Below are positions 1 through 10,400 of a DNA stretch of 64,000 bases, piece by piece. The DNA is taken from contig CAWDXY010000001.1 in assembly GCA_963806485.1 (NCBI GenBank), positions 192,599-256,598 on the forward strand. The letters are read 5' to 3'. Positions within the stretch are counted from its first letter, which is position 1; each line of letters begins with the position of its first letter. The translations under genes and the position numbers were made by a program. The DNA is from an uncultured delta proteobacterium. Its GTDB lineage: Bacteria; Desulfobacterota; Binatia; Binatales; Binataceae. The notes below the pieces were generated by a model, which saw only the letters and a program-made list of their open reading frames with translations, searched no databases and had not been told where the DNA came from.

Positions 1-134
1 GCTTGCGCGCGACGATCGCAATCGGTGCCGCGGGTTTATGGGTCACGGCGGCGCTGCTCGCCTTTTCCGAAGTCGGTTCGTTGACCGGGATGGCGGAGCA
101 TGCGGCGCCGTCCGCCGCGGGGGCCGACGATTGA
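1..134 (+). CDS. C-terminal fragment of a membrane protein, probably an MFS transporter (5' end outside window)
   Basis: Frame from nt 3 reads LRATIAIGAAGLWVTAALLAFSEVGSLTG...DD* with TGA at 132-134; resembles the last helix of an MFS transporter. Confidence 0.5.
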   Translation, partial: LRATIAIGAAGLWVTAALLAFSEVGSLTGMAEHAAPSAAGADD

Positions 135-210
135 TCCGAAGGAAGACGGGAATATGCGTAGCTAGCGGGCGTTGGCGCCTTCCTTCTGGTAGGATTCGGG
201 GCGAGATAGC

Positions 211-1137
211 GTGATTCGCAAACCGATCAAACCCAACGCGCTTAGACCCGGCGATACAGTTGCGGTCGTCGCGCCCGCCGCGGCGATCGAACGGGCGCAT
301 CTCGAGCGCGGCGTCAACATGCTCGGCTCGATGGGCTATCGGGTTAAAGTCTCGGAGCGTGCGCTGGCGCGTTCGGGGATCCTTGCGGGAGACGATCGCG
401 AGCGGGCAAACGAGCTTCGAGAATATTTCGCGGACCCCGAGGTCAAGGCGATTTTTTCCGCGCGCGGCGGTTACGGATGCGGCCGGCTGCTGCCCCTATT
501 GGACTTCAAGGCGATGGCAGGCACACCCAAAATCTTCGTCGGCTTTTCGGATGCAACATTCCTGCTCAACGCGCTGGTGGATTTGGCGGGGATAGTATCG
601 TTTCACGGGCCGATGGTCGCGATGGATTTTGCGCGAGGGCTGAGTCCGCGCGCGCTCGAGCACATGCAGGGCCTGCTCAGCGGCAAGCTCGAAGGCTTCG
701 AGCTCGAAGCGCGCGAGGCGATGCATCCGGGGCGCGCGGAGGGCGAGGTGATCGGCGGATGCCTGTCGGTGCTGGTCGCGACGATAGGCACGCCGTTCGA
801 GCCTCGCTTCGACGGGCGAATCCTGTTCCTCGAAGACACGGGCGAGAAGGCCTACCGGATAGACCGGATGCTCGTGCAATTGCGTCAGAGCGGCGCGCTC
901 AAACGTTTGGCGGGAATCGTCTTCGGCGCGATTCGCGCGATCGACGGAGATGAGCAGGAGACGCGGATGATTGCGCGTTTTGCGGCCGAGCAGACGGCGG
1001 GGCTTGGATGCCCGGTGCTGTACGGCATCGAGGCGGGGCATGGCACCGAGAATTTTACGATTCCGTTCGGCGTGGCGGCGCGAATCGAATCCGGTGCGCG
1101 CCGAATTATCTTTCCTGAGCCGGCCGTGACGCGGTAG
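211..1137 (+). CDS. ldcA: LD-carboxypeptidase (peptidase S66, muramoyltetrapeptide carboxypeptidase)
   Basis: Motifs ARGGYG, GFSDAT (catalytic Ser), ILFLED (Glu), GHG (His); in an operon with mpl. Confidence 0.9.
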   Translation: MIRKPIKPNALRPGDTVAVVAPAAAIERAHLERGVNMLGSMGYRVKVSERALARSGILAGDDRERANELREYFADPEVKAIFSARGGYGCGRLLPLLDFKAMAGTPKIFVGFSDATFLLNALVDLAGIVSFHGPMVAMDFARGLSPRALEHMQGLLSGKLEGFELEAREAMHPGRAEGEVIGGCLSVLVATIGTPFEPRFDGRILFLEDTGEKAYRIDRMLVQLRQSGALKRLAGIVFGAIRAIDGDEQETRMIARFAAEQTAGLGCPVLYGIEAGHGTENFTIPFGVAARIESGARRIIFPEPAVTR

Positions 1138-1163
1138 CGGCTTTACTTTCGGAGGATTGGGCG

Positions 1164-2294
1164 TTGGGATGGAGTGAGGTCGAGCAGGCGTTCAACGACG
1201 CGGTCGAGCAGGGGGTGATTCCCGGCGCGACGGTGGTCGTGCGGCGCGGCACGGAGGTCGCTTTCGAAGGCGCATTCGGGTTCAGATCGCTCGAGCCGAC
1301 CCGCTCGCCGGTCAAAATGGAAACCGTCTACGACCTGTCGTCGCTCACCAAGGCGCTGGCGACGACGGTGGCGCTGATGATCCTGGCGCGCGACGGCAAG
1401 TTTCGCATCGACGATCGGGTGACGCGTTTTTTTCCGAACTTCGGCGTGCATGGCAAGACTGTCATCACGTTTCGCCATCTGCTGGCGCATTGCTCGGGCC
1501 TGGCGGCGTGGCGGCCGCTCTATCAGCGGATCGCGGATATCGAAAAAGGCGGGCGGGTCAACTTCATGGCTAGCTACGGCGCCAAGGAGTTCGCCTACGA
1601 GGAGATACATCGCGAGAAGCCCGAGGTCACGCCCGCGACCAAAACGATCTACTCGGATCTCGGGTTCATCATGCTCGGCGAGACGATCGAACGGGTTTCC
1701 AGCCTTGCGCTCAACCGCTACTGCCGCGAGAAAATATTTCGGCCGCTCGGCCTGCGCTCGACCGACTATATTGATATCTCGCACGTGCGCTCGCGGCGGC
1801 TGGAGCCGGTCGCCGACATGTTTGCGCCGACCGAACATTGTCCTTCGCGCAAGCGGCTGCTGCTCGGCGAGGTGGACGACGAGAACGCGTTCGCGATGGG
1901 CGGAGTGGCGGGTCATGCGGGGCTGTTCGCGCCGGTGCGCGAGGTCGATCGTATCGCGAGCGAGCTGATGGCGTGTTACGCGGGCCGCTCGGATCTCGTG
2001 CCGCAGAAAATAATTCGCGAGTTCTGGACGCGCGATAAAACCGTCTCCGGTTCGACGTGGGCGCTCGGATGGGACACGCCGTCGGCGGAGCATTCCAGCT
2101 CGGGGCATCGCTTCTCGCCGGCCGCAGTGGGCCATCTTGGCTTCACCGGCACTTCGATCTGGATCGAGCCTGAGAGCGAAATTGCGATCTCGATGATGAC
2201 GAATCGGGTCCATCCGCGGCGCGACAATCAGAAGATTCGCGACTTCCGCCCGAAGATTCACGATTTGATCATGGATGCGCTCGGCGGTGGCTGA
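1164..2294 (+). CDS. Beta-lactamase-family serine hydrolase
   Basis: SxxK (SLTK), LLAHCSGL, YSDLGF, AGHAGLF and GHLGFTG motifs; no signal peptide. Confidence 0.88.
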   Translation: MGWSEVEQAFNDAVEQGVIPGATVVVRRGTEVAFEGAFGFRSLEPTRSPVKMETVYDLSSLTKALATTVALMILARDGKFRIDDRVTRFFPNFGVHGKTVITFRHLLAHCSGLAAWRPLYQRIADIEKGGRVNFMASYGAKEFAYEEIHREKPEVTPATKTIYSDLGFIMLGETIERVSSLALNRYCREKIFRPLGLRSTDYIDISHVRSRRLEPVADMFAPTEHCPSRKRLLLGEVDDENAFAMGGVAGHAGLFAPVREVDRIASELMACYAGRSDLVPQKIIREFWTRDKTVSGSTWALGWDTPSAEHSSSGHRFSPAAVGHLGFTGTSIWIEPESEIAISMMTNRVHPRRDNQKIRDFRPKIHDLIMDALGGG

Positions 2295-3738
2295 TTCGGG
2301 CAGTGCGGCGCGCCTCGCGCGCATTCCGGTCGCGGTTCGGCGCGTGCATCTGATCGGAGTCGGCGGCACCGCGATGGCTGCGCTGGCCGGGATGCTGGTC
2401 GAGCGTGGGATGTCGGTCACCGGCTCCGACAATCAGCTCTACGAACCGACGGCGTCGCTGCTGAGAAATTCGCGGGTCGGAGTAAGGACAGGATTCTCAC
2501 CGGCGAACCTCTCGCCCGCGCCCGACCTGGTGGTGATGGGCAATGTGATCGTGCCGACGAATCCCGAAGCCGTGGCGCTGCTCGCTTCACCGATTCCGTA
2601 CGTCTCGATGCCCGAGGCGCTGTGGCATTTTTTTCTGAACGGGCGGCGCGTGCTGATGGTCGCGGGGACGCATGGCAAGACCACGTCGACCGCGATGATG
2701 GCGCACGTGCTCGAAGCGGCGGGGCGCGATCCCTCGATGCTGGTGGGAGGCGTGGCGAGCGATTTCGGATCCAACTACCGGCTTGGCAGCGGTGCCGACT
2801 TCGTAATCGAAGGCGACGAGTACGACACGGCGTTTTTCGATAAGGGGCCGAAGTTTCTGCACTACCGGGCCAACGGCGCGATTATCACGGCGGTGGAATT
2901 CGATCACGCCGATATCTATCGCGACCTCGAGCATGTGAAGTCGAGCTTTCGGGCGCTCGTCGAGCAGATGGACTCGTCGCGAGTGCTCGCGGTATGCGCC
3001 GACTTTCCGCACGCGCTCGAGGTCAGCGCTGGCGCGCACGCGCGGCGGCTGACGTATGGGCTGCGCGAGGGCGAATATCGCGCTACGGAAATCACGGTGG
3101 GCGCGGACGGCGCGAGATTTTCGGTGACACGCGACGGCGCTCGAATCCACGAGTCGATCCATCTGCCGATCGGCGGCCGTATGAACGTCGCCAACGCGCT
3201 CGGCGTTTTCGTGCTGCTGAACGCGTTTGGGGTCTCCGGCGATGAAATTGCCGCAGGACTGCGCACCTTCAAGGGCGTCGTGCGCCGGCAGCAGGTGATA
3301 GGAGAGGCGGCGGGCGTGACCGTAGTCGACGACTTCGCGCACCATCCGACGGCGATTGGCGTCACGCTGGAAGCGATCGCCGAGCGGTTCCCGGGCAGGA
3401 GGATACTCGCGGCGTTCGAGCCGCGCTCGAATACTGCCCGGCGCAACGTTTTTCAGGAAGCGTTCGCGGCCGCATTCGACAAAGCGTCGCGCGTTTACCT
3501 GGGACCCGTCTATTTCAAGGAGAACGATCCGATCGCGCCGAACGAGCGGCTCGAGACCGGTGCGCTCGCGAGTGCGATCAGTGCGCGCGGAGCGCATGCG
3601 GTCGCATGCGCGTCGAACGATGAGATCCTCGAGCGGATGATCGCCGACGCGCGCGCAGGCGACGTCGCGCTGTTCATGTCTAACGGGCCATTCGAGGGAT
3701 TGAAGGAGAGATTCCTCGCGGCGTTGAGGAGTCGGTAA
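2287..3738 (+). CDS. mpl: UDP-N-acetylmuramate:L-alanyl-gamma-D-glutamyl-meso-DAP ligase (murein peptide ligase)
   Basis: IGVGGTAM, GTHGKTT P-loop, EGDEYDTAFFDKGPKF, DDFAHHPTAI and FEPRSNT motifs typical of Mpl; GTG start overlaps the upstream gene end. Confidence 0.92.
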   Translation: MADSGSAARLARIPVAVRRVHLIGVGGTAMAALAGMLVERGMSVTGSDNQLYEPTASLLRNSRVGVRTGFSPANLSPAPDLVVMGNVIVPTNPEAVALLASPIPYVSMPEALWHFFLNGRRVLMVAGTHGKTTSTAMMAHVLEAAGRDPSMLVGGVASDFGSNYRLGSGADFVIEGDEYDTAFFDKGPKFLHYRANGAIITAVEFDHADIYRDLEHVKSSFRALVEQMDSSRVLAVCADFPHALEVSAGAHARRLTYGLREGEYRATEITVGADGARFSVTRDGARIHESIHLPIGGRMNVANALGVFVLLNAFGVSGDEIAAGLRTFKGVVRRQQVIGEAAGVTVVDDFAHHPTAIGVTLEAIAERFPGRRILAAFEPRSNTARRNVFQEAFAAAFDKASRVYLGPVYFKENDPIAPNERLETGALASAISARGAHAVACASNDEILERMIADARAGDVALFMSNGPFEGLKERFLAALRSR

Positions 3739-3768
3739 GAGTAGGGAAGGGGAAATCACTTTATTTAA

Positions 3769-3825
3769 TGCGGAACCCACCGTGGGTTCCGCACCTCCTT
3801 GGGCAGGGGTGACCCCTGCACCCAG
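3769..3825. repeat. Double-hairpin palindromic repeat (family A), copy 1
   Basis: tgcggaacccaccgtgggttccgca followed by gcaggggtgacccctgc; an inverted second copy lies at 25205-25261. Confidence 0.8.
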
Positions 3826-3937
3826 TACCAAGAAAAGATGCGGGCGGAGTTTACCCTGAGTACTCGTAGGGTCCAAGTTAGAACTTTTTTTGTGTCATTC
3901 TTGAGCAAAGCGAAGAATCCCGGCTCGTTTCTGAATA

Positions 3938-4291
3938 CTAACCTCTCCTTGTCCGAGGAGAGGTCGGCGCGAGCCGTAGGTGAGCGACGGGTGAGGTGCG
4001 ACGCCGGCCGTCGTCGTTGTCCGTAGTGCTGCTGTCAGGAGGCAGCCCCAACTTCTATGAATTGCGATTCGGGTTCCCCCTTTCCAACTTGGAAAGGGGG
4101 TTAGGGGGATAGGACAGCGCGATTCGGGCAACTAAAATTCCCCTTCCCCATTCCTGGGGAAGGGGCCAGGGGTTAGGGTCCTGGCGATTAGACGAGTAGG
4201 CGAGCGTGCGGTGTCCGGCGTTGCACCTCACCCGGCGACACCGCTTTTCAAGCGGCTTACGCCGACCTCTCCTCGGACAAGGAGAGGTTAG
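3938..4291. repeat. REPIN/MITE-like non-autonomous element bounded by 32-bp perfect inverted repeats, with nested REP hairpins
   Basis: 3938-3969 ctaacctctccttgtccgaggagaggtcggcg is the exact reverse complement of 4260-4291; second IR pair 3988-4007 / 4215-4234 matches 19/20; internal hairpins at 4076-4100 and 4140-4165. Confidence 0.85.
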
Positions 4292-4316
4292 GACTTCGGC
4301 ATTCTCGGTCGCGGCG

Positions 4317-5324
4317 TTAGTAGCCGAGGCTTGGATCTACCAGGTTCAGTAGGGGGCGGTTTGCGGCGAAGCGTTTTAGATTTTCGACGAATAGTTCGCA
4401 GGCCTTGTCCATGTAGTCGCGGCTGTCGCCCGAGATATGCGGCGTCAGAATCACGTTCTCCATGTCCCACAGAGGACTGGTTGCTTCGAGCGGCTCGTGC
4501 TCGAACACGTCGAGCCCGGCGCCGCCGATTTTGCCCGCTTTCAACGCGGCGGCCATCGCGGCCTCATCGATCACCGGACCGCGCCCGATGTTGACGAGGT
4601 AGGCGCCGGGTTTCATGGCGGCGATTTCTCGCGCGCCGATGAATTTGTGCGTATGCGAGCTGAGCGGCAGCGTGACCGACACGTAGTCGCTCTCGCGGAG
4701 GATCGACTCGCGTTGCTCGGGACCGAAGAAGTGCGTGGGGATAACGCCTTCCGGATCGCCCAGCCCCGCCGGACACCATCCCGGGTCGCGCCGCTGCGCG
4801 GGGTCGCGCTTCAACGCCAGCACCGTCATCCCGAATGCCTGCGCGAGCCGCGCCGTTTCCCTGCCAATCGATCCGTAGCCAACGATTCCAATCGTGCGCC
4901 CGCGGATCTCGTCGCTGTTTTCGCTCAAATTGCGCGAGCGCGACCACTCGTGGCGAATCTGCGCGCGAATCGCCAGATGGATCCGATGCGCATACGCGAG
5001 CATCGAGCCCATCGTGTATTCCGCGATCGGCGTCGCATGAATCCCGCTGGCGGTCGTGAGCGGAATAGAGCTGCCCTTGAGCGGGCCGTCGAGCATGCGG
5101 TCCGCGCCGGCGCTGAGCAGTTGAATCCATTTGAGCCCTGGTGCTCGCTTCGTGGCGTCTTGGGGCAGCCGGAACGTCATCAGCACATCGCATCCGCCGT
5201 TCACCAACTCGCTGAATTCCTCGGGCGATCGGATTTGCCGGTCGAGCACTTCCGCCCCCGGCACCGCGGCGGCGATTGCCGCGCGCTGGGTTGGTTGTAG
5301 CGCAACTGTGGAAATTATTTTCAT
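4317..5324 (-). CDS. D-2-hydroxyacid dehydrogenase
   Basis: GIVGYGSIG Rossmann motif, NIGRG, LDVFEHEPL, ILTPHISG. Confidence 0.92.
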   Translation of the reverse strand: MKIISTVALQPTQRAAIAAAVPGAEVLDRQIRSPEEFSELVNGGCDVLMTFRLPQDATKRAPGLKWIQLLSAGADRMLDGPLKGSSIPLTTASGIHATPIAEYTMGSMLAYAHRIHLAIRAQIRHEWSRSRNLSENSDEIRGRTIGIVGYGSIGRETARLAQAFGMTVLALKRDPAQRRDPGWCPAGLGDPEGVIPTHFFGPEQRESILRESDYVSVTLPLSSHTHKFIGAREIAAMKPGAYLVNIGRGPVIDEAAMAAALKAGKIGGAGLDVFEHEPLEATSPLWDMENVILTPHISGDSRDYMDKACELFVENLKRFAANRPLLNLVDPSLGY

Positions 5325-5454
5325 CGGACGCATCAAAACTTTCGCACGGCTTCGCGCGGCCTTCAAGGAGAAATCGTCCGGCTTGAGGAGATCGCGCGGC
5401 GAGCCTATATTTGGTGAGCTACGCGATCATCTGGCCGATCGCGAGCGCGATTAG

Positions 5455-6276
5455 ATGAAGCTGCAAAAAGTATTCACGCTGGGAGTGGCGACGGCCGCGC
5501 TGTTCGCGCTGTCTCATCTTGCGGTCGCGCAGACCCAGGACTCGCAGAGTGGCTCGCAGGGCAGCGATTCATCGGCGACGACTCACGGACCTGCGGGGCA
5601 GGGCGGCAGCGACGACGCGACGCTCGAGATAGCGCCGCAGCCCGGTTTGGCTGCGCCGAAGCCCGCAGTCAGGGAAATCCCCAGCGACCGGAATTTTAAT
5701 CAGGACGAGGACAACGCGTCGATCGAACCTAATTTCCGCCAGGGCACCGAGAACGGCACCGGCGATGCTAACGGCAACGGTAACGGCAACAGTTATCAGC
5801 CGCACGCGCGGCCGTACCTGGGTATCACGGTGCAATACACGACGATGTGTTACCTCGGGGGCGAGGAGCATGGGCTCGAAGTGCTGACCGTCGATCCCAA
5901 CAGTCCGGCGGCGCAGGCCGGCATGCAGGCACGCTCCGGAGTTACCGCAGTCGGCGCGGCGCTCTCGACGCTCAGTGGAATAATTCCGGGCGGCTCGATT
6001 CTCGCGACCAAGGCGCTCGGGAGTTCGGGAGCGATGGGACAGGGAGGAGACCTGATCGTCGCGGTTGACGACAAGCGCGTGCGCGATCAGAGCGACCTGG
6101 AAAACGCGATGGCGCGGCTCAAGCCGGGCGACACGATGTATCTCACGGTAATCAGGCCGGACGGATCGGGTGACCGCGTGCCGCACAGGACGATCAAGAT
6201 CGCGGTGCACGTCGGCGCGGCGGGCGAGCCAATCGCGAATGCGGCGCCGGGGACCGGCGACAGCTACACGCACTAG
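5455..6276 (+). CDS. Secreted PDZ-domain protein (paralog 1)
   Basis: Signal peptide, low-complexity linker, RPYLGI...V.PNSPAAQAG...GDLIVAVD...LKPGDT (DegP-type PDZ); no protease domain. Confidence 0.8.
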   Translation: MKLQKVFTLGVATAALFALSHLAVAQTQDSQSGSQGSDSSATTHGPAGQGGSDDATLEIAPQPGLAAPKPAVREIPSDRNFNQDEDNASIEPNFRQGTENGTGDANGNGNGNSYQPHARPYLGITVQYTTMCYLGGEEHGLEVLTVDPNSPAAQAGMQARSGVTAVGAALSTLSGIIPGGSILATKALGSSGAMGQGGDLIVAVDDKRVRDQSDLENAMARLKPGDTMYLTVIRPDGSGDRVPHRTIKIAVHVGAAGEPIANAAPGTGDSYTH

Positions 6277-6407
6277 CGCGATTTCATTTCACCATTGTTC
6301 CTTCGATACGGCGGTCGCGCGCCGACGCGTCATTTTCCGCCTTGAGCCTGATTCAAATCGGACTTAGTATCGGGACCGAGCGCAAAATTGTATTGAGGTG
6401 ATCGGTC

Positions 6408-7262
6408 ATGCGAAGTCCGAGCGTCCTCATCGGCTGGCCGCTGCTGGTCGTGCTGCTATCTCCATCCGCATCACTCGCGGCGGACATTTCCAACGGCAGC
6501 GCTTCGCCGTCGATAGTGGCGCAACCGAACAACCGCGGAACTCAGCAGGTCCCGGCGCCACAGCCGAGTGATAGCGCGACTCGGATCATTCCGGGGGAAC
6601 AGCCGGGCGAGCCGACGACGTTGGAGATAGGGCGGCAACCGTCGGCCAAGGTTCCGGCGCCCGACGGGAGCGAGACGGCCGAGCAGCGCGCGTTTCGCCA
6701 GTCGAAAGAAAACGAGGTCGCGAGGCTCAATCGCAATTTCCATCCGCACGATTTGGACGGCGAGCATCACCGGCCGTATTTGGGAGTCGATCTGGAATAT
6801 ACAACGCAGTGCTACCTCGGCATGGAGGAGCACGGACTGGAGGTCGTGAACGTGTACCCGGACAGTCCTGCCGCGCGTGCGGGCCTGGTCGCGAGAACGG
6901 GAAGCACCCCGATGGGCGATCTAAGTGCGCTCGGAAGTGTACTGCTCGGACCGGTCGCGTTGGTCACGTTTCCGATTCTGCGGAAGTCGGGCGCGCTGGG
7001 AACCGGCGGCGACCTGATCGTCGCGGTGGACGATATGAGAGTGCGAAATAGGAGTGAACTGCTCAGCGCGCTCGACCATGTCAAACCGGGTGACACGACT
7101 TACATCACGGTGATCCGGCCGTTGCACGGCGGATACCATCGCACGATGCGGATCGCGCTGCATATCGATTACGAAACCGACGCGGCGGGCAACAAAATCC
7201 CGCCACCGGGAGCGTCGCCGGCCGCGGCGCCGTCAGTGCCGACCGAAAGCGCGGTCAATTGA
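6408..7262 (+). CDS. Secreted PDZ-domain protein (paralog 2)
   Basis: Signal peptide; RPYLGV...YTTQCYLGMEEHGLEV...PDSPAARAG...GDLIVAVD...VKPGDT; clear paralog of 5455-6276. Confidence 0.8.
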   Translation: MRSPSVLIGWPLLVVLLSPSASLAADISNGSASPSIVAQPNNRGTQQVPAPQPSDSATRIIPGEQPGEPTTLEIGRQPSAKVPAPDGSETAEQRAFRQSKENEVARLNRNFHPHDLDGEHHRPYLGVDLEYTTQCYLGMEEHGLEVVNVYPDSPAARAGLVARTGSTPMGDLSALGSVLLGPVALVTFPILRKSGALGTGGDLIVAVDDMRVRNRSELLSALDHVKPGDTTYITVIRPLHGGYHRTMRIALHIDYETDAAGNKIPPPGASPAAAPSVPTESAVN

Positions 7263-7400
7263 GCCGACCCGGGCGCGCGGCACGCGTTCGCGGTTCGCGC
7301 GCGATTTTCTGCTAATATTTTTCTGACGCCAGCGGCGTGTGCGCTCCTCGCGCGCATCGCCGCAGGGCGAATTTGCGTATTTTTTGCGGATCGAAAAAAG

Positions 7401-10400
7401 TTGCAACGCAGCCTGAAAGAAGCAGCCGGCGAACTCGAAGCGCGGCTCGCGGCAAATCAAGAACGTCGGTTCCCGGTGATGGGACTGCGTGGCGTGGCCG
7501 GCGCGCTGATGATTCGCGAGATGCGGATGCGGCTGACGCGTCCGATCGTCGCGGTCACGTCGACGGCGTTGGAAGCCGAGGCGCTGGCGGGAGAGGTCGC
7601 GTTTTTCCTCGATGAGGCGGCGGACGCGGACGCCGCCACGCGCCGGGTGCATCTGATCCGCTCGTGGGAAGTAAAGCCGATGGCGCAATTGTCGCCGCCG
7701 ACCGACGCGCAGGCGTCGCAACTGGCGGCGCTGTTCGCGATGCTTCGGCATGAGTCGCCGCTGGTCGTCACGTCGGCCGAAGCGCTGATGACGCGCACGA
7801 TTCCGCGCACGGTGTTCAACGAATCGATCGTCAAGGTCGCGATTGGCGATCGGCTGGATCTCGAGGCGCTGGTCGAGGCGCTCGCGGCGTGCGGCTATCA
7901 GCGGGTCCCGCAGACCGAAGAGGCGGGCGACTTCAGCGTGCGCGGCGGTATCGTCGATGCGTTCTCGCCGTTGTACCGCGACCCGCTTCGCATCGAGCTG
8001 GAAGACGATCTGATCACGTCGATACGGCACTTCAACGCCGACGATCAGCGCTCGGGCGCCGAGTTGGTTGAGGCGACGATCACGCGCACCCGCTACGTGC
8101 CGCCGTCTGCGCTGAAGGACCCGAAGCTGCGTGAGCAGGTCGTGTTGCGGGCTGCGGAAATCGGGATGGTGCGCAAAGAGGCCGCGGAATTGTCCGAGGC
8201 GCTCGAGAACGGGCTGCTGTTTCCGGGCGCGGAACTGCTGATGCCGTATGCGTACGGGCGCGCGCTCGACAGCGTGTTCGATTACATGCCGGCGGGCACG
8301 CTGCTGTGGCTGGTCGATCCGGGGCGCGTCCTGGCCGAGGCAAATCGCTTTGCAGAAACCGTAAACAATGAGACCGCGGCGGCGGCGCACAAGCCTGCGT
8401 TTCATCCCGCGCCGGACTCGCTGTTCCTCGGTGCGGACGCCTTCGAGCGCGCGCTTGGAAATTTCACCGCGGTCGAGGTCGGCTCGCTGGTGACGATGGT
8501 AACGCCGCGCGAGGGATGGGCTGCGCCGGTCGAGGTCAAGTCGCAGGCGAGTCTGCGGCTCGGATCGAACCAACTGAGCGGAGTGCGGACGCCGCCGAGC
8601 TTCGAGCCGCTGGCGACGGAACTGCGCGAAGTCCAGCGCGGGCAGGGTCGCTCGTTGATGATCGTCGAGGGTCCCCATCAGGTCGCGCGCCTGCGCCGTC
8701 ACCTGGAGGCGTGGGACCTCGAGGTCAACGTCGAATGCAAGAGCCTGGCGGCGCTGATGGAATGGCCGGATTACCGGCCCGCGATCATGGAGGGCGAGAT
8801 TTCGGCCGGCGTCGTTCTGCAGGACGACGGTCTCTACATCTACAGCGAGGAGGAAATTTTTGGCGAGCCGCGAGTGCGGCGGCGCCGGCGTCCGACCGCG
8901 AAGGGCGCGCTGCTCAATCTCGAGGAGCTGAAGCCCGACGATTTCGTCGTGCATATCGATCACGGCATCGCGAAGTACCGCGGCCTGCGCCATATGAAGG
9001 TCGCCGACGTCGAGGGCGACTTTCTGAATCTCGAATACGCCGGCAACGACACGATGTACGTGCCGGTCGAGCGGATAAATCTCGTTCAACGATATATCGG
9101 CGGCGACAATGCGGAACCCAAGCTCGACAAGCTCGGCAGCGGCTCGTGGGAAAAGGTAAAGCGGCGCACGCGGCAGGCGGTGCTCGCGATGGCGGCCGAG
9201 CTGCTCGACATTTACGCGGCGCGCGAGGTGATGGAAGGGCACGCATACCCGGCGCCGGGCGCTGACTACGAGGAGTTCGCGTCGCGCTTCGAGTTCGAGG
9301 AGACTCCCGACCAGCAGTCGGCGATCGATGACGTTATTCGCGACCTGACGCGCGCCAAGCCGATGGACCGCCTGATCTGCGGCGACGCGGGCTTCGGCAA
9401 AACCGAAGTCGCGCTGCGCGCGGCGTTCATCGCGGTGATGGATGGCCGGCAAGTCGCCGTGCTGGTGCCGACGACGATCCTCGCCGAGCAGCATTGGAAC
9501 ACGTTCCGCGAGCGCTTCAAGGATTACCCGGTGCGCGTCGAGATGGTCTCGCGGTTCCGCAGCCACAAGGAAAATCGCGCGGTGATCGAGGAGGCCGGGC
9601 GCGGCAAGGTCGATATCGTCATCGGGACGCATCGCCTGCTGTCGAGCGACGTGCAGTTCCCGCGGCTGGGCTTGCTGGTGATCGACGAGGAGCATCGATT
9701 CGGCGTGGTGGATAAGGAGCGAATCAAGAAGCTCAAGAAGCTGGTGCCGGTGTTGACGATGACGGCGACGCCGATTCCGCGCACGCTGCACATGGCGATG
9801 CTCGGTATCCGCGATCTCTCGGTCATCCAGACGCCGCCGCCGGACCGCCAGGCGATTCGCACCTTCGTCGCGCATTTCGACGACGCCACCATCCGCGATT
9901 CCATCCTGCGCGAGCTCAACCGCGGCGGCCAGGTGTTCTTTGTTCACAATCGCGTCGAGAATATCGACTACATGGCCAGTCATCTGCGCTCGCTGGTGCC
10001 CGAGGCCAGGACCGCGATCGCGCACGGCCAGATGAAGGAACGCCAGCTCGAGGACGTGATGCGCGATTTTATCGAGAAGCGGGTCAACGTGCTGGTCTGC
10101 AGCGCGATCATCGAGTCGGGCCTCGATATTCCCAACGCGAACACGATGATCATAAATCGCGCAGATCACTTCGGTCTCGCGCAGCTGTACCAGTTGCGCG
10201 GCCGCGTCGGGCGTTCGCGCCAAAAGGCGTACGCGTACCTGCTGATTCCCGGCGAGCACATCATCACGCGCGACGCCAAGCGGCGAATCGATGCGCTGCG
10301 CGAGCTGGTCGAGTCGGAGAGCGGCGGCGGCTTCAAGCTCGCGATGGCCGACCTCGAGCATCGCGGCGCCGGCAACCTGCTCGGCCATGAGCAACACGGA

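Noticed and set aside
1164-2294. Calling this a true beta-lactamase (resistance gene)
   Set aside because: No signal peptide, and it sits in a peptidoglycan-recycling operon; only the fold family is supported
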